From positions 1 to 64,000 of the forward strand of contig JAVCBW010000008.1 of assembly GCA_037917675.1 (NCBI GenBank): a DNA stretch of 64,000 bases. The letters run 5' to 3'. The translations under genes were made by a program, and so were the position numbers. The notes below the pieces were generated by a model. It did not search any database, had not been told where the DNA came from, and saw nothing but the letters and a program-made list of their open reading frames with translations. The DNA comes from Thermoproteota archaeon (lineage in GTDB: Archaea; Korarchaeota; Korarchaeia; B14-G2). Shown in pieces: positions 9,883 to 19,738 of this stretch (positions are counted from its first letter, which is position 1; each line of letters starts with the position of its first letter).

Positions 9883-11133
9883 TTGAAGGCATGTATTCTA
9901 GCTGGAGGATATGGGAGGGAGCTGGAGCCATTCACTCAAACAAGGCAGAAGTCCATGTTCCCAATCCTAGGGAGGCCTCTCCTCGAGTGGATAGTCGAGG
10001 GGCTGAAGAAAGCTGGCATAGTAGACCTCGTCATGGTGACAGGCTATCTAGGCAGCCAGGTCAGAGAGCACTTCGCTAGCGGAGAGAAGCATAGAGTCAA
10101 GGTAAGCTATGCAAGCTGCAATCCAGATCTGGGAGTAGAGGCTGCAATACTCTCAGCAAAACAGCACATCGAGCAGGAGGAGCAGTTCCTCCTAGTCTAT
10201 GGAGACATAGTAGCTGACCCAGAGATATACTCTAGGACACTCAGCGCCCACCAGAACTGGGGTGCAGACCACACTCTTTGCGTGACCTTGAGCACTGTAC
10301 TGAGCGACTTCGGCGTAGTGAAGCTTGAGGAGGGAGGTAGAGTAGTTGACATAGTCGAGAAGCCTGAGGTGGAGCTGGGCTACGGGAACTACGTGGCAGC
10401 AGGAGTCTACGTAGTGGGTAGGAGCCTACTAGACAGGCTAGAGGAGGGCCTCAGCCTAGCCTCAGCCTTCAGAGCTGAGCTGGAAGCTGGGAGAGAAGTC
10501 TATGCAGCAATATGGGAGAGAGCATGGGTAGACCTAGGGAGGCCATGGAACATCATTGAAGCAAACCAGCTGATGCTATCGAAGCTATCGAAAATAGAGA
10601 TATCAGCTGAGGCGCTAGTAGAGAGAGGAGTCAGGGTAAGCGGCCCACTAGTAGTCGAGAAGGGAGCTGTAGTAGAGAGCGGGGCAGTAATAAGAGGGCC
10701 ATGCTACATAGATGAGGAAGCCTACATCGGTAACAATACGCTCATAAGAGACTCAGCATACATAGGGAGGAAAGCCATAGTAGGCTTCTCAACAGAGATA
10801 AAGAACTCCGTGCTACTAGACTCCTGCGAGATAGGAGGCAACTCGTATATAGGAGATAGCGTCATAGGAGAGGGAGCTCAGATAAGGCCTGGAACAGTCA
10901 CGATGAACATGAGCCCAACAGGTAAGCCAGTCAAAGTCAAGGTCGGAGGCAAGCTCACTGACTCAGGCATGAGGAAGCTTGGAGCCTTCATAGGAGATGG
11001 CTCTAGGATTGGAGCGAATGTCACATTCTATCCTGGAGTGAAGGTTGGTAGCAGAGCAACAGTCCTCTCAGGAACTGTGGTAGATAGAGACATAGAGGCT
11101 GAGGAGATCTACCCTGAGGATCAGAGAAGCTAA
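9883..11133 (+). CDS. glmU: Archaeal bifunctional sugar-1-phosphate nucleotidyltransferase/acetyltransferase (GlmU-like)
   Basis: ILAGGYG nucleotidyltransferase N-terminus, hexapeptide left-handed beta-helix C-terminus with RKLGAFIGD, directly after glmS. Confidence 0.8.
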   Translation: MKACILAGGYGRELEPFTQTRQKSMFPILGRPLLEWIVEGLKKAGIVDLVMVTGYLGSQVREHFASGEKHRVKVSYASCNPDLGVEAAILSAKQHIEQEEQFLLVYGDIVADPEIYSRTLSAHQNWGADHTLCVTLSTVLSDFGVVKLEEGGRVVDIVEKPEVELGYGNYVAAGVYVVGRSLLDRLEEGLSLASAFRAELEAGREVYAAIWERAWVDLGRPWNIIEANQLMLSKLSKIEISAEALVERGVRVSGPLVVEKGAVVESGAVIRGPCYIDEEAYIGNNTLIRDSAYIGRKAIVGFSTEIKNSVLLDSCEIGGNSYIGDSVIGEGAQIRPGTVTMNMSPTGKPVKVKVGGKLTDSGMRKLGAFIGDGSRIGANVTFYPGVKVGSRATVLSGTVVDRDIEAEEIYPEDQRS

Positions 11134-11944
11134 GCCAAGTGACCGCAGGGAGGTAGCTGAATTCACGTATAGCACATGGAGCTGGGGAGACTACGTGATG
11201 GATGTCTGGAGGAGGTGGCTGAGAGACCCAAGCATCAAGCTCCTGATAGCAGAGGAGGGAGGGAAGCCCATAGGGATCATGGCAGTGAAGCTGAGGGAAG
11301 AAGATAGTGAAGCCTTCCTGTGCGCTGCCAGAGTACACCCAGTATACAGGAGGAGAGGGGTTGCAACGGGTCTCGCGTTAGCCTGCTTAGAGTACGCCAG
11401 GGAAGCTGGAGCAGCATACGCAAAGCTATGTACAGAGATCAAGAACAGGCCTGCAGCCAGCCTGGCTGAAAAGCTCGGCTTCAAGCTAGCAGCATCATAC
11501 AGAGAGGTGAAAGCTTCACCGAAGAAACCCAGGCTGGAGCCTAGAGTGCAGCCTATCCAGCCAGATGAAGCTGAGAGGGCCGTCAGCGTCTCAAGGAGGT
11601 TCACAGGAAGCCCGATGCTGTTCAGCTTCTACGAGTGGCTCCCACTGACAGAGGAGAGGGCTAGAGAGTACTGTGAGGAGGGCTTCGCAGCCTCAGCTGA
11701 GGACGGGGTGCTGCTATACCAGCCTCTCACATTCTACAGGAGAGCCCAGCTTGTCATAGACCTACTCTACGCGACGAGAAGTGCTGCAGCCCACCTTGGG
11801 GCGCACCTGAGGCATGAAGCCTACAGGCTAGGCTGCGCTGGGGTAGCTGGCCTCACCCCCGAGGGAGAGGCTCTACTCGGCTTAGCTGAAGCACGCTACA
11901 GGATACTGAAGTCAGGGCACCTCATATACACCATGAAGCTCTAG
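11114..11944 (+). CDS. GNAT-family N-acetyltransferase; CTG start at 11114 proposed
   Basis: RVHPVYRRRGVA acetyl-CoA motif. The in-frame upstream IREAKPSDRREVAEFTYSTWSWGDY looks like a GNAT N-terminus, and GAGGAG lies 7 nt before the CTG. Confidence 0.8.
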   Translation: MRIREAKPSDRREVAEFTYSTWSWGDYVMDVWRRWLRDPSIKLLIAEEGGKPIGIMAVKLREEDSEAFLCAARVHPVYRRRGVATGLALACLEYAREAGAAYAKLCTEIKNRPAASLAEKLGFKLAASYREVKASPKKPRLEPRVQPIQPDEAERAVSVSRRFTGSPMLFSFYEWLPLTEERAREYCEEGFAASAEDGVLLYQPLTFYRRAQLVIDLLYATRSAAAHLGAHLRHEAYRLGCAGVAGLTPEGEALLGLAEARYRILKSGHLIYTMKL

Positions 11945-11949
11945 GCCTA

Positions 11950-12048
11950 GCTAAAGCATCTTTTTTTAACTGCAACTTAAAGTTAAAAAAGATGCTTTTT
12001 TAACTGCAGCTAAAGCATCTTTTTACCGCAACTTTTTTTAACTGCAGC
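11950..12048. repeat. AT-rich block of interlocked direct and inverted repeats upstream of leuS
   Basis: TTTTTTAACTGCA x3 (11962, 11996, 12034), GCTAAAGCATCTTTTT x2 (11950, 12009), inverted copy GTTAAAAAAGATGCTTT (11982-11998). Confidence 0.9.
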
Positions 12049-12080
12049 CTAAGCCATCAGCTAGGTGATCTCTATTCTCC

Positions 12081-14969
12081 ATGAGAGCCAGCTGGCGTGA
12101 GATCGAGGAGAAGTGGCAGCGCCGCTGGTCTGAAGCCAAGCTCTTTGAATCTGAACCAGACCCAAGCAGGCCGAAGTTCTTCATCACAGTAGCCTACCCA
12201 TACCCAAACAGCCCACAGCACATAGGTCATGCTAGAACATACTCGCTGACAGACGCCTATGCAAGATACCTGAGGATGAGAGGATACAACGTGCTTTTTC
12301 CAATGGGCTTCCACTACACTGGGACACCAATACTAGCTATGGCTAAGAGGATAGCTGCAGGAGACCCTGAGATGGTCAAGGCTCTAACAGACCTATACAA
12401 GGTGCCAGAAGAAGACCTCAGGCAGCTGACTAGCCCACTGAAGATAGCTAGGTACTTCCATGAGGAGATAAAGCAAGGCATGAAGGAGATGGGCTTCTCT
12501 ATAGACTGGAGGAGAGAGTTCACTACAATAGACCCAATGTACAAGAAGTTCATCCACTGGCAGTTCAAGAAGCTGAGTGAGAAAGGCTACCTAACCAAGG
12601 GAAGCCACCCAGTAGGCTGGTGCCCAAGCTGTGAGAGCCCTCTAGGCCAGCATGACACACTAGGGGATGTAGAGCCTGAGATAGAGGAGTTCACCCTCAT
12701 AAAGTTCAGGATAGATGGCAAGGTGCTTCCAACCGGGACCCTGAGGCCTGAGACAGTATATGGCGTGACCAACATATGGGTCAACCCTGAAGCAAGCTAT
12801 GTGGAGGCTGAAGTCGATGGTGAGACATGGATTGTCAGCAGGCAGGCAGCTGAGAAGCTAAAGCTCCTAGAGAAGTCAGTAGGGCATGTAAGGCCATTCG
12901 ACATAAGGAGCATACTAGGTAGGAAGGCAGTTAACCCAGCGACAGGCCTAGAGGTCCCAGTGCTCCCAGCCTCATTTGTAGACCCAGAAAGCTGTACTGG
13001 AGTGGTCATGTCTGTGCCAGCTCACGCTCCATACGACTACGCTGCTCTCATAGACCTAAAGAGAGACCCAAGCTATGCTGAGAAATACGGGGTCGGCAGA
13101 GAGCTCATAGAAAGGCTAAAGCCGATTCCAATAATCAAGCTAGAAGGCTATAGCGAGGTTCCAGCTAGGGATGCAGTGGAGAGGCTTGGCATAACGAGCC
13201 AGAGAGATGAGGACAAGCTTGAAGATGCCACGAAGGAGATATACAGCACAGAGTTCAGGAAGGGTGTAATGCTCGACAACACACCCTATGCTGGGATACC
13301 TGTATCAGAAGCCAAGCAGAAGGTCAAGGAAGACCTGATAGCAGAGGGCAAAGCTGACACAATGTATGAGGTGATAAACAGCCCTGTCTACTGTAGGTGT
13401 GGAGCAAAGTGTGTAGTAAAGATGCTCAGAGACCAGTGGTTCATAGACTACAGTAAGCCAGAGTGGAAGAAGCTTTCCAGAGAGTGCCTCGAGAACATGA
13501 GGATAGTCCCAGAGAAGCTCAGACAGGAGTTCAGGGATGCAATAGAGTGGGTTAAACAGAAGGCATGCGCCAGAAAGTATGGTCTCGGCACCCCACTCCC
13601 ATGGGACCCAAGCTGGATCATAGAGAGCCTATCAGACTCAGTGATATACATGGCATACTACATTATAGCGAAGTACGTCAACAGCAAGCTGATAGACCCT
13701 GAGAAGGTCAAGGACAGCTTCTTCAGCTACGTCTTCCTAGGAGAAGGAGACCCTGCTGAGGTTGCTGCAGAAAACGAGATCCCAGAAGAGACCTTAAAGG
13801 AGGTCAGAAGAGAGTTCCAGTACTACTATCCACTTGACAGCAGGCACTCTGGCAGAGACCTCGTATGGAACCACCTGACATACTTCATATTCAACCATGT
13901 AGCGATATTCCCAAGGAGCCTATGGCCCAGGCAGATAGTGGTCAATGGAAGCGTCCTAAGAGAGGGGAGAGCCATGTCGAAGTCGCTGGGGAACATAGTG
14001 CCACTAAGGCAGGCTATAAGGCAGTATGGTGCTGACACCATAAGAGCTACAGTCCTGAGTACAGCAGGTCTGCTAGCTGACGCAGAGTTCAATGAGAAGC
14101 TCGCTGCATCCGTGTTCAAGGCCATCCAGGGATGCTACAGCATGGCTCTGAAGCTAGTAGAGTCCTCAGAGGAGAAGGAAGAGGACATCCTAGACAAGTG
14201 GATCCAGTCAGTCATGAGGAAGAGGGTTAAGCAGGCTACAGAAGCCATGGATGAAGTCGAGCTCAGAAACGCCATCCAGGTAGCCATGTACATGATACCA
14301 AGAGACATAGGCAGGTATCTGAGGAGGAAGATGGGCAGCAGCCCAGCTAGGAGCACTGCTATGAAGATAGCTAGGGTGTGGGCTAGGCTCCTTGCTCCAG
14401 TAGTCCCTCATACAGCAGAAGAGCTCTGGAGCAAGCTGGGTGGAGAAGGCTTCATCTCAGTAGCTAAGTGGCCTACTCCAGATGAGCTGCCTGAAGACAA
14501 GGAGGCTGAGGCAGGAGAGATGCTGATAGACCTAGTGCTAGAGGATGTGGAGAGCATAGTTAAGGCAACGAAGCTGAAGCCTAGAGTAGTCCACATATAT
14601 GCTGCGCCAGCCTGGAAGTGGGATGTATACAAGGCTGCAGCTAAGCTAGCACTAGAAGGCAGCCTTGACCCTAGGAAGCTGACTAGGCTGACTATGGCAA
14701 GCCCTGAGATGGAGGCTAGAGGAAGAGAGGCAGCTGAGCTAGCTAAGAGGGCCTGTGAGGATCTGAAAGCTGCTCCAAGGGAGCTCATAGAGTCCATTCT
14801 AGCCATGGGAAGCGAGCTAAGCTACCTGAAGCAAGCTAAAAGCTACCTTGAGGCAGAGCTTGGAGCTGAGGTCAAGCTTTATAGCGCAGATGACCCACAG
14901 AGATATGATCCAGCTGACAGGGCGAAGCGAGCACTCCCGATGAAGCCTGCAATATACCTAGAGCAATGA
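12081..14969 (+). CDS. leuS: Leucine-tRNA ligase, archaeal type
   Basis: AYPYPNSPQHIGH (HIGH motif), TLRPET, GVVMSVPAHAPYDY editing domain, AMSKS. Confidence 0.97.
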   Translation: MRASWREIEEKWQRRWSEAKLFESEPDPSRPKFFITVAYPYPNSPQHIGHARTYSLTDAYARYLRMRGYNVLFPMGFHYTGTPILAMAKRIAAGDPEMVKALTDLYKVPEEDLRQLTSPLKIARYFHEEIKQGMKEMGFSIDWRREFTTIDPMYKKFIHWQFKKLSEKGYLTKGSHPVGWCPSCESPLGQHDTLGDVEPEIEEFTLIKFRIDGKVLPTGTLRPETVYGVTNIWVNPEASYVEAEVDGETWIVSRQAAEKLKLLEKSVGHVRPFDIRSILGRKAVNPATGLEVPVLPASFVDPESCTGVVMSVPAHAPYDYAALIDLKRDPSYAEKYGVGRELIERLKPIPIIKLEGYSEVPARDAVERLGITSQRDEDKLEDATKEIYSTEFRKGVMLDNTPYAGIPVSEAKQKVKEDLIAEGKADTMYEVINSPVYCRCGAKCVVKMLRDQWFIDYSKPEWKKLSRECLENMRIVPEKLRQEFRDAIEWVKQKACARKYGLGTPLPWDPSWIIESLSDSVIYMAYYIIAKYVNSKLIDPEKVKDSFFSYVFLGEGDPAEVAAENEIPEETLKEVRREFQYYYPLDSRHSGRDLVWNHLTYFIFNHVAIFPRSLWPRQIVVNGSVLREGRAMSKSLGNIVPLRQAIRQYGADTIRATVLSTAGLLADAEFNEKLAASVFKAIQGCYSMALKLVESSEEKEEDILDKWIQSVMRKRVKQATEAMDEVELRNAIQVAMYMIPRDIGRYLRRKMGSSPARSTAMKIARVWARLLAPVVPHTAEELWSKLGGEGFISVAKWPTPDELPEDKEAEAGEMLIDLVLEDVESIVKATKLKPRVVHIYAAPAWKWDVYKAAAKLALEGSLDPRKLTRLTMASPEMEARGREAAELAKRACEDLKAAPRELIESILAMGSELSYLKQAKSYLEAELGAEVKLYSADDPQRYDPADRAKRALPMKPAIYLEQ

Positions 14970-15445
14970 GGCTAGAAAGGCTTCTAAAAGCTTACTCCAA
15001 GTGTCTGATCACACTAGATGGCCTCTGGTTTCTTGCTGCTGAGAGGAAGCTTGGGCTGGAGGAGGCAACAAGCTTAGACGCTGAGGTCTGGAGGGAATAT
15101 GCCAGCAGAGAGCTCGAGAGGGTAGCTGAAGCAATAGGAGTCGAGGTCGAGAGCATGAGCATTACGAGCCTAGCTGACGTAGCTCCCTACCTCCCGTGGC
15201 TCACGCTAAACGACTATGTGATAGAGGTCAGTGGAAGCAAGCTACTGCTTAAAGTGACCTACTGCAGGCCTCAGGAAGCCAGGATACGTAGAGGCCTCAA
15301 GCCCTTCCCATGCAAGCCTGTTGGAGAAGCCTACTTCAGGGCGCTAGTAGAGTGCCTCAAGAGGCCTACTGAAGTGAAGTGCTTAGGCTGCCCTCCTGAG
15401 AAGCCTGCTGGAGCATGGTGCATCTGGGAGATATCAGAGAGATAG
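14966..15445 (+). CDS. DUF6125-like protein
   Basis: LDGLWFLAAE...A..LD.EVW, C.PQ.AR...GL..FPCK, C..CPP...WC.W; overlaps the leuS stop. Confidence 0.7.
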   Translation: MRLERLLKAYSKCLITLDGLWFLAAERKLGLEEATSLDAEVWREYASRELERVAEAIGVEVESMSITSLADVAPYLPWLTLNDYVIEVSGSKLLLKVTYCRPQEARIRRGLKPFPCKPVGEAYFRALVECLKRPTEVKCLGCPPEKPAGAWCIWEISER

Positions 15446-15577
15446 GCTGCCACAGCTTCAGGGCCACTAATCCTGAGCATAGGAGGAAGAGAGGAGAGAA
15501 ATGAGAGCTCTCTTTTATTTAGAATTTACTGAAAAAATTAAAAATACAGTTGATACCATAACTACTAGTGGTATAGG

Positions 15578-16111
15578 ATGGAGGACAGAGAAGCACTAAA
15601 GCTAGTCAAGCCTATACTCGATGCATATGGAGAGGTATTCAGGGGATGGGGGCTAACATATCAGGCTGGTGTCATATATGGGATACTCCTCTTCTCAAGC
15701 AAGCCTCTTGAGGCAAGGGAGCTGAGCAGGCTAGCAGGCTGCTCCCTCTCAACAGCCTGGAGCTCCCTCACAGCCCTCGAGAGGATAGGGTTGGTCAGAA
15801 GGACGAGAAGTGAGAGCTCAGGTAGAGTTGGAAGGAAGAGCTTCAAATTCAGGGTAAACAAGCCTGTCATAGACGTGCTCAAGAACATATTCAAGCTGAT
15901 GCTCCTCAGGAGCATTGAGCGGATGCTGGCTGCCATAAGCCAGGTTGAAGCAGGCCTCTCAGGCAGAGAAGACCTACAGCTAGCCTCCAAGATAAGAGAG
16001 GTCAAGCTGCTCTACTCATCAGCCTGGAGGGTTGTGAAGGCCTTCATAGAATCACCTAGCCTCCTGGAGTTTGAGAAGGTGATCGAGAGAGGGATGAGAG
16101 GTGAAAGCTGA
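15578..16111 (+). CDS. GbsR/MarR-like HTH transcriptional regulator
   Basis: WGL...AG.IYG.LL.S.KPL...EL......S.ST...SL..LE..GLV; first gene of the ABC operon. Confidence 0.75.
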   Translation: MEDREALKLVKPILDAYGEVFRGWGLTYQAGVIYGILLFSSKPLEARELSRLAGCSLSTAWSSLTALERIGLVRRTRSESSGRVGRKSFKFRVNKPVIDVLKNIFKLMLLRSIERMLAAISQVEAGLSGREDLQLASKIREVKLLYSSAWRVVKAFIESPSLLEFEKVIERGMRGES

Positions 16112-17879
16112 CAGAGCCAAGCTGAAGCTGCTTACCCTGCTATCGATAGCCTTGATGCTACCTACCTCAAGCTCAGCTTCTCTCCCAAACCTAGCTCTGA
16201 AATCCTATGTTGCCAACGAGGGGTCACCTATCTATCCTGGCATGGATGATATACCTCTGCTTGTCATCCTACAGAATGTTGGGTCAGAGGCTCTGATGAG
16301 GGTCGTTGGTAGGCTAGACCTCTCAGGCACGCCTTTCACGACTCCAATGGGCAAAGTAGGGTATGCAGCCTTCAGTGGGGTAGCTCAGCCTGGCATGCTC
16401 ATAAGCCTCTTCTACAACCTCAGTGTCAGCAGCGAGGCTGAGGCTGGAAGCTATACAGCAGTCCTCTCAGTAAGCTACCAGACGCCTTCAGGAGGCGCCA
16501 GAGCAGAGGAATTCACTCTAGAGCTTAAGGTAGGCGTGGAGGCAGGTAGGCTCATCATATCAATAAGCCAGGCTAGCGTGAGGCCAGGTGAGGAGGGTGT
16601 CATGCTCATACAGCTCACAAACCCAGGTGATAAGCCCATATACTCCATCAGCGTCTCAGCCTCCCCACTCACATCCCTCAGGAGAGAAGAGCTCCCTCTA
16701 GTCGAGGAGCCCATATACTTGCCCTCCCCCTCCCCAATAGCTCTCAAAGGACACGTAAGCTACTTTATCAGAGAGCTTCCAGCAGGCAAGTCAGCTACCC
16801 TAGCGTTCAGGTTCATGGTCTCGCTAGACGCCAAAGAGGGAACCTACCCACTATACCTGAAGGTGAGCTATACCTCAAGCAGCGTAGTCACCGAAACATA
16901 TGTAGCTGGCATCACAGTCCTGAAGCCTGTAAAGCAGCCTGAAGAGCAGGAGCCTCAGAAGCCAGTCCTCAGCATCTCCTCTATAAAGGTGGAGCCTAAC
17001 CCCGTTAGCCCTGGAGGAGAGTTTGAGCTCAAGATCACACTCGAGAACCTAGGTGATGCCCCAGCTCTAGAGGTTAAGCTCGAATACGCTGAGGAGCCTA
17101 CGCAGCAAGCTGAAGTAGACGTGACGTCACTGCTCACTGGAGCCCAGCCTCAGGCTTCCCAGCAGCCTCAGATGTTCTTCCTGCCATCAGGCCCCCCTTC
17201 CGTGTTCATCTATGAGGTGCAGCCAGGCGAGCTTGCTTCGCTTGCAATGAGGCTCATAGCAGATCTAGCTCTAGAGGAGGGAGTATACCCAGCTCAGCTT
17301 AAGCTAGAGTACAAGGATCCACTAGGCAACACATATGAGTCTCAGATAACAGTTGGAGTCAAGGTCATCGAGGAGCCACTCCTGAAGGTATATGCCATCA
17401 GCTTAAACAGGCTCTCAGAGAGTAGAGCAGAGCTCACAGGCACAGTCGCCAATATAGGCCAAGGCAAAGCTCAAGGTGTAGCACTCGAGGTCTACTGCAA
17501 TGGGAGAGCATACACCTACTACATAGGGAGGCTTGAGCCAGGTGAATCAGAGGACTTCCTGCTTACAGTCGAGGTCCCAAATGCAAGTACAGTAGAAGTT
17601 GACGTGAAGGTCCTCTATACAGACACGCAGGGAAGAGAGCTCCAGAACATGGTCCACAGGAGCATAGCTATCCCCCCAGCTGAATCTAAAGCTGAGAGCA
17701 AGAGCAGCATCAGGCTGCTCACCATTGCAGCCACAGCCATAGCTGCAGCTGTGATACTGCTTCTCATCAGAGGGAGGGTGATCAGCAGGAGGATAGCTCC
17801 ACACTATGAGCCAGAGGAGCCTGAGGCTCTAGCTGCCTTAGGTGATGGAAGTGCTAGAGCTGCTAGTGATTCCAGCTAG
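16101..17879 (+). CDS. COG1361-type S-layer/Ig-like repeat protein with signal peptide and C-terminal TM anchor
   Basis: Repeated L.N.G...A / G.Y...L...Y beta-sandwich units, hydrophobic termini, precedes the ABC permease. Confidence 0.75.
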   Translation: MKADRAKLKLLTLLSIALMLPTSSSASLPNLALKSYVANEGSPIYPGMDDIPLLVILQNVGSEALMRVVGRLDLSGTPFTTPMGKVGYAAFSGVAQPGMLISLFYNLSVSSEAEAGSYTAVLSVSYQTPSGGARAEEFTLELKVGVEAGRLIISISQASVRPGEEGVMLIQLTNPGDKPIYSISVSASPLTSLRREELPLVEEPIYLPSPSPIALKGHVSYFIRELPAGKSATLAFRFMVSLDAKEGTYPLYLKVSYTSSSVVTETYVAGITVLKPVKQPEEQEPQKPVLSISSIKVEPNPVSPGGEFELKITLENLGDAPALEVKLEYAEEPTQQAEVDVTSLLTGAQPQASQQPQMFFLPSGPPSVFIYEVQPGELASLAMRLIADLALEEGVYPAQLKLEYKDPLGNTYESQITVGVKVIEEPLLKVYAISLNRLSESRAELTGTVANIGQGKAQGVALEVYCNGRAYTYYIGRLEPGESEDFLLTVEVPNASTVEVDVKVLYTDTQGRELQNMVHRSIAIPPAESKAESKSSIRLLTIAATAIAAAVILLLIRGRVISRRIAPHYEPEEPEALAALGDGSARAASDSS

Positions 17880-19017
17880 GGAGATAGAGCACAGGAAAAT
17901 CCGCAGCTTCCTCACAGTACTAGGTGTAGCCATGGGTGTAGCTACGATAGCCCTCCTCCTATCTGTAGGCTACAGCCTCAGAGAGACCATACAGAAGGAG
18001 CTCAACGAGCTGGTTGGAGCAGGCTTCTTCATCCTCCCAGAGGGAGAGACCCTTATGTCAGCTTCAGGAGGAACTCTAGACACAGAGCTAGTCAACACGG
18101 TGAAGAGCATAAGAGAGGTAGATGATGCTATCCCTCTACTCTATGAGAATGGGGTAATCGAGGAGCTAGGAACCCTCCCAGTGCTCCTCATCGGGGTACC
18201 AGTAGATGGAGCTAGCTCATTCGGCTACGTAAGAGTGAGTGAGGGGAGAGGCTGGGTTCCAGCTGACGAGGGTAGACCCATATGTGCCCTAGGCAACTTG
18301 ATAGCAGACCAGCTTGACGCTAAGGCAGGAGACGTCATAGTTGTAGAGGGGCTCAAGGAAGGCTTGACCATGAGGCTAAAGGTGGTAGCTATACTAGAGC
18401 CTACAGGATTCCTTGAGCAGGACCAGGCGATATACATCCCGCTTAAGACGCTCCAGGAGGCATTCAATGAGAGGGGGAAGGCGACAATGATACTAGTACA
18501 GGTCAAGGACCCATCTAAAGCCGACATAGCAGCTAGGAAGCTCGAAAGAGCTCTGAGAGGATACAGGATCCTAGAGAAGGAGAGCATCCTCAAGAATGCT
18601 GAGGACATAATGGGAACCATAGAGGCAGTCCTGCTGACACTAGGCAGCATCTCCCTGTTTATAGGCGGGATAGGCGTGATGAACACCATAATGACCAGCG
18701 TCCTAGAGAGGACGAGGGAGATAGGCATGCTTAAGGCTATAGGGGCTACGACAAGACAGGTAATGTTCATGTTCCTAGCTGAAAGCCTCCTCCTAGGCAT
18801 GCTCGGTGGGCTAGCTGGCTCAGCTCTCTCAGCTATAATGGTTTTAGCAGGTAACAGGGTACTCTTCAAGATGGGATTCACATTCAAGATATGGATAGCT
18901 CCCTACGCCATAGCTCTAGGCTTCGCCTCCTCTATCGCCATATCAGCTGCAGCAGGCATATACCCATCATGGAGAGCTGCTCAGCTCTCACCAGTAGAGG
19001 CTATGAGATATGGCTAG
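17845..19017 (+). CDS. MacB/FtsX-type ABC transporter permease
   Basis: RSFLTVLGVAMG, SVLERTREIGMLKAIGA, YPSWRAAQLSPVEAMRY. Confidence 0.92.
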   Translation: MEVLELLVIPAREIEHRKIRSFLTVLGVAMGVATIALLLSVGYSLRETIQKELNELVGAGFFILPEGETLMSASGGTLDTELVNTVKSIREVDDAIPLLYENGVIEELGTLPVLLIGVPVDGASSFGYVRVSEGRGWVPADEGRPICALGNLIADQLDAKAGDVIVVEGLKEGLTMRLKVVAILEPTGFLEQDQAIYIPLKTLQEAFNERGKATMILVQVKDPSKADIAARKLERALRGYRILEKESILKNAEDIMGTIEAVLLTLGSISLFIGGIGVMNTIMTSVLERTREIGMLKAIGATTRQVMFMFLAESLLLGMLGGLAGSALSAIMVLAGNRVLFKMGFTFKIWIAPYAIALGFASSIAISAAAGIYPSWRAAQLSPVEAMRYG

Positions 19018-19708
19018 CAGAGAGGCAGTAAAGCTCGTTAAAGTCTCAAAGGTCTACAAGATGGGCAGAGTATACGTAGTGGGACTCAGAGACGTCAACA
19101 TATCCTTCACAAGAGGCGAGTTCACCTCTATAGTAGGGCCAAGCGGCTCAGGTAAGACCACCATGATGAATCTGATAGGAGGCTTAGATAGGCCTACCAC
19201 AGGCCACATATACGTTGACGGTGTAGACACCATATATCTGAGCGAAGATGAGCTAACTGTCCTCAGGAGGACGAAGATAGGATTCGTATTCCAGTTCTTC
19301 AACCTGATACCTACACTCAATGCCCTAGAGAACGTGATGCTCCCGATGTCCCTAGCTGGCAAGTATAGTAGAGAGGAGAGGAGGAGGAGAGCTCTAATGC
19401 TGCTCAGGCTAGTAGGCTTAGGGCATAGAGCAAGGCATAAGCCAGACCAGATGAGTGGTGGAGAGAGGCAGAGAGTTGCTATAGCTAGAGCTCTAGCAAA
19501 CAACCCTACAATAGTCCTAGCAGATGAGCCGACAGGCAACCTAGACTCGAAAACTGGGAGGAGTGTAGTGGAGCTGATGCAGAAGCTAAACAGAGAGCAG
19601 CATGTGACATTCCTCATAGTAACACATAACATGGAGGTAGCAGACATGACTAGGAGGATAATCCATATCAGAGATGGCAGAGTCACATCAGATGAATACC
19701 GAGAGTAA
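19010..19708 (+). CDS. ABC transporter ATP-binding protein (LolD/MJ0796-like)
   Basis: GPSGSGKTT, MSGGERQRVAIARAL, LADEPTGNLD. Confidence 0.95.
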   Translation: MASREAVKLVKVSKVYKMGRVYVVGLRDVNISFTRGEFTSIVGPSGSGKTTMMNLIGGLDRPTTGHIYVDGVDTIYLSEDELTVLRRTKIGFVFQFFNLIPTLNALENVMLPMSLAGKYSREERRRRALMLLRLVGLGHRARHKPDQMSGGERQRVAIARALANNPTIVLADEPTGNLDSKTGRSVVELMQKLNREQHVTFLIVTHNMEVADMTRRIIHIRDGRVTSDEYRE

Positions 19709-19738
19709 ACCTTTTAGCAGCATAGGCAAAAGTAGTAC

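Noticed and set aside
11950-12048. Mini CRISPR array
   Set aside because: The repeats are short, overlapping and partly inverted, with no unique spacers and no cas genes.
12081-14969. Inteins in leuS, glmS or the ATPases
   Set aside because: Lengths are normal and no C...HN-C/S/T splice motifs or LAGLIDADG blocks were seen.
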